A DNA stretch of 64,000 nt from an uncultured Bacteroidota bacterium. Its GTDB lineage: Bacteria; Bacteroidota; Ignavibacteria; Kryptoniales; JAKASW01. Position 1 is the stretch's first letter. Each line of letters begins with the position of its first letter. The position numbers and the translations under genes are program-made. Where the stretch lies: contig CAVQQJ010000008.1 in assembly GCA_963714955.1 (NCBI GenBank), positions 2,498,049 to 2,562,048 of the forward strand, given 5' to 3'. Positions 59,914 through 64,000 of the stretch are shown piece by piece. The notes beneath the pieces are model-generated. The model saw nothing but the letters and a program-made list of their open reading frames with translations, did no database searches and was not told the origin of the DNA.

Positions 59914-60109
59914 AACAGTTAGGGACATCGCGATTCTCCCGACTCTTCCGACGATAAAATCGGTGGTGTCTTTTCATCGCGTCCGAACTTCGCTTGCGGG
60001 TTTTGACTTTCCCGCCTTATCTTCTATCTTATACGCTGAAACATGTGAAGCTGGCCAATCGCGGCGTTGTCGTTTGGCATTCAGATATCTGACAGAGAGG
60101 AGTTTATAG

Positions 60110-60946
60110 ATGAAGCAGGATTCCAGGTTTAAGCCCACCGATTGGGCACTTATTCTCGGCGCGTCAAGCGGTTTCGGAGGCGCAACCGCCATCGAGCTTG
60201 CAAGACATGGCATGAATATTTTCGGCGTCCATCTGGATCGCGCCGGTACGATGCCCAACGTCCAGCAAATCATCAAAGAGATCAAACATGCGGGGGCGCA
60301 GGCGATCTTCTTTAACATCAATGCCGCAGACTCCATTAAACAGAGCGAAGTCCTCGATGAGATCGCAGAGCAATTTTCCAAAGAGCCCGGCTCGACCGTT
60401 AAAGTGCTGCTACATTCTCTGGCGTTCGGCACGCTGAAACAGTTTATCGGCAAGAAAGCGGAAGAAACTGTAAGCAAAGCTCAGATGGAGATGACGCTCG
60501 ACGTCATGGCACATTGCTTGGTCTACTGGACGCAGGGACTCATGGTTCGCAACCTGATGAGGCGCGGCGGAAAGATATTTGCAATGACGAGTTCAGGCGG
60601 ACATAGCGCGATTCCTTTCTACGGTGCCGTTTCCGCCGCAAAGGCTTGTCTCGAATCGCATATCCGCCAGCTGTCAGTCGAACTTGGACCGATCGGTATC
60701 ACAGCCAATGCCATTATGGCGGGCGTCACTGACACTCCGGCGCTTCGGAAAATCCCCGGCAACATCGAAATGCTCCACGTGGCTCGGTCCAAGAATCCAG
60801 GCGGCAGATTAACCACCCCCGAAGATGTGGCCAAAGCGATTGTCTTACTTTCCGATGACAACGCATATTGGATTTCGGGGAACGTGATCGGAGTCGACGG
60901 CGGGGAAGATATTGTGAGCTATGTAGGCCAGAAAGCAGGTTCCTGA
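60110..60946 (+). CDS. SDR-family oxidoreductase, enoyl-ACP-reductase-like (FabL-like Y-x6-K)
   Basis: 278 aa. The Rossmann motif is ILGASSGFGGATA. The active-site pattern is MTSSGG...FYGAVSAAKACLES. The C-terminus shows ISGNVIGVDGG. Confidence 0.6.
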   Translation: MKQDSRFKPTDWALILGASSGFGGATAIELARHGMNIFGVHLDRAGTMPNVQQIIKEIKHAGAQAIFFNINAADSIKQSEVLDEIAEQFSKEPGSTVKVLLHSLAFGTLKQFIGKKAEETVSKAQMEMTLDVMAHCLVYWTQGLMVRNLMRRGGKIFAMTSSGGHSAIPFYGAVSAAKACLESHIRQLSVELGPIGITANAIMAGVTDTPALRKIPGNIEMLHVARSKNPGGRLTTPEDVAKAIVLLSDDNAYWISGNVIGVDGGEDIVSYVGQKAGS

Positions 60947-61111
60947 ATAGACGGCGCCCGCTTCGTTGGTTTTCGGTTAAGTCCGGGCGGAAGGAATTTC
61001 TCTGACCTTTCATCCAACGGGCTCGCGTCAACGGTTAGGCAGAGCGGCAAACCGCACTGTTTATCGGCGTGGTTTTTCGAATCTTTCATTTCGAATGGAC
61101 ATTAAGTATAA

Positions 61112-62530
61112 TTGGACATGAAAGCATCCCTTTTCGTACAAGTTATGTTCGTCGGATTACTGACTGCAGGTCTTCAATCTCGATCAGCGAACGCGCAAGG
61201 GCTGAATGTAAATTTCGACTATGCAACGTTCCGCTACGATTCACTTCAAACTTTCGCCGAATTCTATTACAGCTTCAACAGCAGTTCCCTCCGATTTGCC
61301 AAAATAGCCAGGAAAGACTCCACGGGCTCCTTTATGTTCTCGGACACCCTTTTCTTCGCTATTTCCTTAAAGCAAGCGAACGGCGATTCGACTGCCATTA
61401 ACCAGGACTGGAAGGTGCCGGTGACAGTTCCGGACACCACCCCCGGCTACGTGCGGAAGAGTCTCGTGGGTAAACTGGATTTCGCTCTCCCACCCGGAAA
61501 TTACAAGTTGTACGCAAAGACTGAAGACGTCAACAATCCCTCTAACATCGACAGCCTGAGAGGTGATTTCCCGGTTCCGGCATACGGCGGTGATAAATTC
61601 GAATCGAGCGAGATTGAGCTCTGTTCAACGATAGACCAATCTCAAACTCCCGGAATCTTTTATAAGAACACTTACAATGTTGTCCCCAATCCGTCGGCGT
61701 TGTACGGACTCGGTATGCCGATAATTTACTACTACCTCGAAATCTACAACATACCTCTAGCATCTGGCGACACTTCGATAACTGCCGGGTATGAAATACG
61801 TGACAGCTACGGGCAGGTTAAGAAGAGTTATTATCTAACGAGAAAGAAATTCGGAACGTCCAGCGTTGAAGTCGGAACCGTCAACGGGTCTAACCTCAGG
61901 ACGGGTGCTTATACGATTACTTATCAGGTGGTGGACTCCGGTGCAAATGTTCAAACTTCTTCTTCCAAAAAGTTTTTTGTTTATAACCCCAACCTCGGTA
62001 CTCCCGCCGTTCCGGATAGCAACTTCTCAAGCGGTGCGATCCTATCGAGTGTGTACTCTTCAATGGGTGAAGCGCAGCTTGACAAAGAGTTCGCCGAAAC
62101 TCGATACATATCGACTCCCATGGAAAGAGACCAGTACGAACAATTGAATGGCACTGGACCGAAACGGCAGTTCATGTATGAATTTTGGAACAAGAGAAAT
62201 TCCGATGCGACGGAAAAAGTAAACGATACTAGAAGCCAGTACCTGGAGCGCGTTTCGTATGCCGACGATAATTTTAGGTCCGGCATGAAAGAAGGATGGC
62301 AGACGGACCGCGGGAGAGTTTATATAATGTACGGCAGTCCCGATGAGATCGACAGACATCCTAACGAGACCGATTCAAAACCGTATGAGATCTGGTATTA
62401 CAACGCTCTCGAAGGGGGAGTGTCGTTCGATTTCGTCGACAGAACGGGATTCGGCGAGTACACGCTTGTCAATTCGACGAAACGGAATGAGATACAGGAC
62501 CAAAACTGGCAGGAATATCTGACCAGGTAA
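61112..62530 (+). CDS. GWxTD domain-containing secreted protein
   Basis: 472 aa with the signal peptide ..LQSRSANA/Q. The C-terminal signature is EGWQTDRGRVYIMYGSPDEIDRHPNETDSKPYEIWYY. Confidence 0.8.
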   Translation: MDMKASLFVQVMFVGLLTAGLQSRSANAQGLNVNFDYATFRYDSLQTFAEFYYSFNSSSLRFAKIARKDSTGSFMFSDTLFFAISLKQANGDSTAINQDWKVPVTVPDTTPGYVRKSLVGKLDFALPPGNYKLYAKTEDVNNPSNIDSLRGDFPVPAYGGDKFESSEIELCSTIDQSQTPGIFYKNTYNVVPNPSALYGLGMPIIYYYLEIYNIPLASGDTSITAGYEIRDSYGQVKKSYYLTRKKFGTSSVEVGTVNGSNLRTGAYTITYQVVDSGANVQTSSSKKFFVYNPNLGTPAVPDSNFSSGAILSSVYSSMGEAQLDKEFAETRYISTPMERDQYEQLNGTGPKRQFMYEFWNKRNSDATEKVNDTRSQYLERVSYADDNFRSGMKEGWQTDRGRVYIMYGSPDEIDRHPNETDSKPYEIWYYNALEGGVSFDFVDRTGFGEYTLVNSTKRNEIQDQNWQEYLTR

Positions 62531-62543
62531 ATCTCCCGTCCCC

Positions 62544-63230
62544 TTAGTTTACACCCGCGTAATAGCGTATTTCCAGTTTTGGTTGCAGCTTGCTTGTCGT
62601 GGTAACCGAGACCATTCCTGCATCCGCCCCGATTTTTTTCCCCGTGAAGTACAATTCAATTCGAATGCTTTCACCCGGCTTCAAACCGACGTTTTTGAAA
62701 TTGGAAGTCAATTCTCCGGAACTCGATTCAACGGAAACAATTTCCATATCAAGATCGGAAATGTTTTTGAGAACCAAAGAGGCTGTATCGGGCTTCCCTG
62801 TTTTAGCGTTCTCAAACAATATGAAATTCGGATTTGCCTGTAAAGCGTAAGCGACATCCATCTGGAGAACAAGGGTCGTGATTGGCTTAACCGGGTCGTC
62901 GCTCGTCACGTAAACATATTTCGTCACGTCACCGCTGTATCCTGCCGGATTGAAATCTACTCTTATCTGTAAATTGTGACCGGTTTCAATCAGACTATCT
63001 GAAAGAAGTGCGATTGTGCAGCCGCAGGACGTCCTCACTCCCTTGATGTGGAGGATCCGGTCTCCGGTATTCGTGACTTGAAAACTTCTGACGATATGAT
63101 CACCGGTGTTGTAGATCTTACCGATTTTGAACGTGTCCTGACCGACGACGGAAATTTTTGGCTGGCAATATGCCGCGGCGAAAATAAAAGGTACCAGGAA
63201 AATTGAAAGATGCGTTCTTTTTACCATCAC
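62544..63230 (-). CDS. DUF1573 domain-containing protein (two copies)
   Basis: 228 aa with a signal peptide. The signature is FQVTNTGDRILHIKGVRTSCGCT, and a second degenerate copy reads LVLKNISDLDMEIVSVESS. Confidence 0.78.
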   Translation of the reverse strand: MMVKRTHLSIFLVPFIFAAAYCQPKISVVGQDTFKIGKIYNTGDHIVRSFQVTNTGDRILHIKGVRTSCGCTIALLSDSLIETGHNLQIRVDFNPAGYSGDVTKYVYVTSDDPVKPITTLVLQMDVAYALQANPNFILFENAKTGKPDTASLVLKNISDLDMEIVSVESSSGELTSNFKNVGLKPGESIRIELYFTGKKIGADAGMVSVTTTSKLQPKLEIRYYAGVN

Positions 63231-63392
63231 TCATCCTCACATTGGTGGATTGGAAAATACGTGGTCATTTTAAAGATTAACGGCGTATTCGCAATCAATT
63301 GTAATCTTTGGTTTAATTTAATCCAAAGGCGCTCAGTGTTCAAAGTGAAGGGAACTCTCCGGGAAGCGTGACCGGTTAGGTTCAGAGAGGAA

Positions 63393-64000
63393 ATGTTGAC
63401 GGATCAAAAGATAAGCGGCAGGTCGGCGGGCTTTAATCCCAAGAACAGATTTGAGGAGGTGACACTTGTTCCGACGGATGAAGACGGTGGATTTTTCCCG
63501 GACGAGGATGCAACGCAGAGGAAGATCGAAACGAAATTCTTCAAGGATACGTCGAAAAGTATTCTTGCGAGAAACGACAGCCCGGACATAAGCTTTACTT
63601 ACAGCATAAATCCGTATCGTGGCTGTGAACACGGATGTATCTACTGTTACGCAAGGCCTTCGCATGAGTTCCTGGGGTTCTCCTCCGGGCTTGATTTTGA
63701 AACGAAGATAATGGTGAAGGAAGACGCGCCGGATCTCCTTCGTGATGCGTTCATGAGGAAAAGTTGGGAACCGCAAGTCGTGGCGATGTCGGGGAACACC
63801 GATTGTTACCAGCCGATCGAAATGAAAATGAAACTTACCCGACGCTGCCTCGAAATCTTTCTGGAATTCAGAAATCCTGTCGGGATCGTCACGAAGAACT
63901 TCTTGATAACCCGCGACCTTGATATTCTCAAGGAGCTGGCGAGTCAGAAGCTCGTAAGCGTTGCTGTTTCCATGACCAGTCTCAATCAAGAGCTTACGAA
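63393..64000 (+). CDS. Radical SAM protein (PA0069-like family pattern), 5-prime partial, running off the window
   Basis: It is not in the ORF track because there is no stop before the window end. ATG 63393 follows GAGAGG. The translation reads MLTDQKISGRSAGFNPKNRFEE...SINPYRGCEHGCIYCYARPSHEFLGF...MSGNTDCYQP, with CxxxCxxC (CEHGCIYC). Confidence 0.8.
   Translation, partial: MLTDQKISGRSAGFNPKNRFEEVTLVPTDEDGGFFPDEDATQRKIETKFFKDTSKSILARNDSPDISFTYSINPYRGCEHGCIYCYARPSHEFLGFSSGLDFETKIMVKEDAPDLLRDAFMRKSWEPQVVAMSGNTDCYQPIEMKMKLTRRCLEIFLEFRNPVGIVTKNFLITRDLDILKELASQKLVSVAVSMTSLNQELT

Noticed and set aside
59974-60477. 167-aa ORF on the minus strand.
   Set aside because: It lies antisense to the well-supported SDR gene (60110-60946) and has Cys/Ser/Leu-rich shadow-ORF composition.
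63333-63989. 218-aa ORF on the minus strand.
   Set aside because: It is a shadow of the plus-strand radical-SAM gene (63393 to the window end). Its translation has no motifs and an odd composition.

Overview
This is a 64-kb chromosomal segment of a Gram-negative bacterium. Marker families (GWxTD, DUF1573, a PorV/PorQ-like outer-membrane protein (OMP), KorAB, a DUF4402-like subunit) suggest an FCB-superphylum, Ignavibacteria/Bacteroidota-like organism; this is inference only. Most of the window is housekeeping: purF, a CDP-alcohol phosphatidyltransferase, ftsY, mutL, aspS, a GH31 glucosidase, an M28 peptidase with maeB, lon, dnaX, tRNA-Gln, prs-rplY-pth, rpsF-ssb-rpsR-rplI, ccdA, korAB, nrnA-like, pepA, a trxA/TlpA/OsmC redox cluster, surE, an RRM RNA-binding protein, secDF, purA, ppiD and a partial radical-SAM gene. 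I recognised no CRISPR array, transposase, integrase, restriction-modification or toxin-antitoxin genes. Three regions look accessory. (1) At 9.9-14.5 kb there is a subunit / PapD-like chaperone / usher-like locus. Its 942-aa usher-like protein carries a C-terminal CarboxypepD_reg-like domain plus a SPOR peptidoglycan-binding domain. This is my best candidate for an undescribed system. (2) At 26.3-31.1 kb there is a partner-switching module: two GAF-PP2C phosphatases flank a STAS protein and an RsbW-like kinase, with no cognate sigma factor. (3) At 32.6-35.3 kb there is an ECF sigma / zf-HC2-HEAT anti-sigma / DUF4097 cluster. At least nine single-base frame disruptions hit eight conserved genes, including the essential aspS and secD. 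Where they can be placed they sit at short homopolymers, so they are more likely sequencing errors than pseudogenes. dnaX has an in-frame A9 run where both shifted frames stop within 1-8 codons, which fits a tau/gamma recoding site. All calls rest on reading the translations and motifs by eye; no searches were run.
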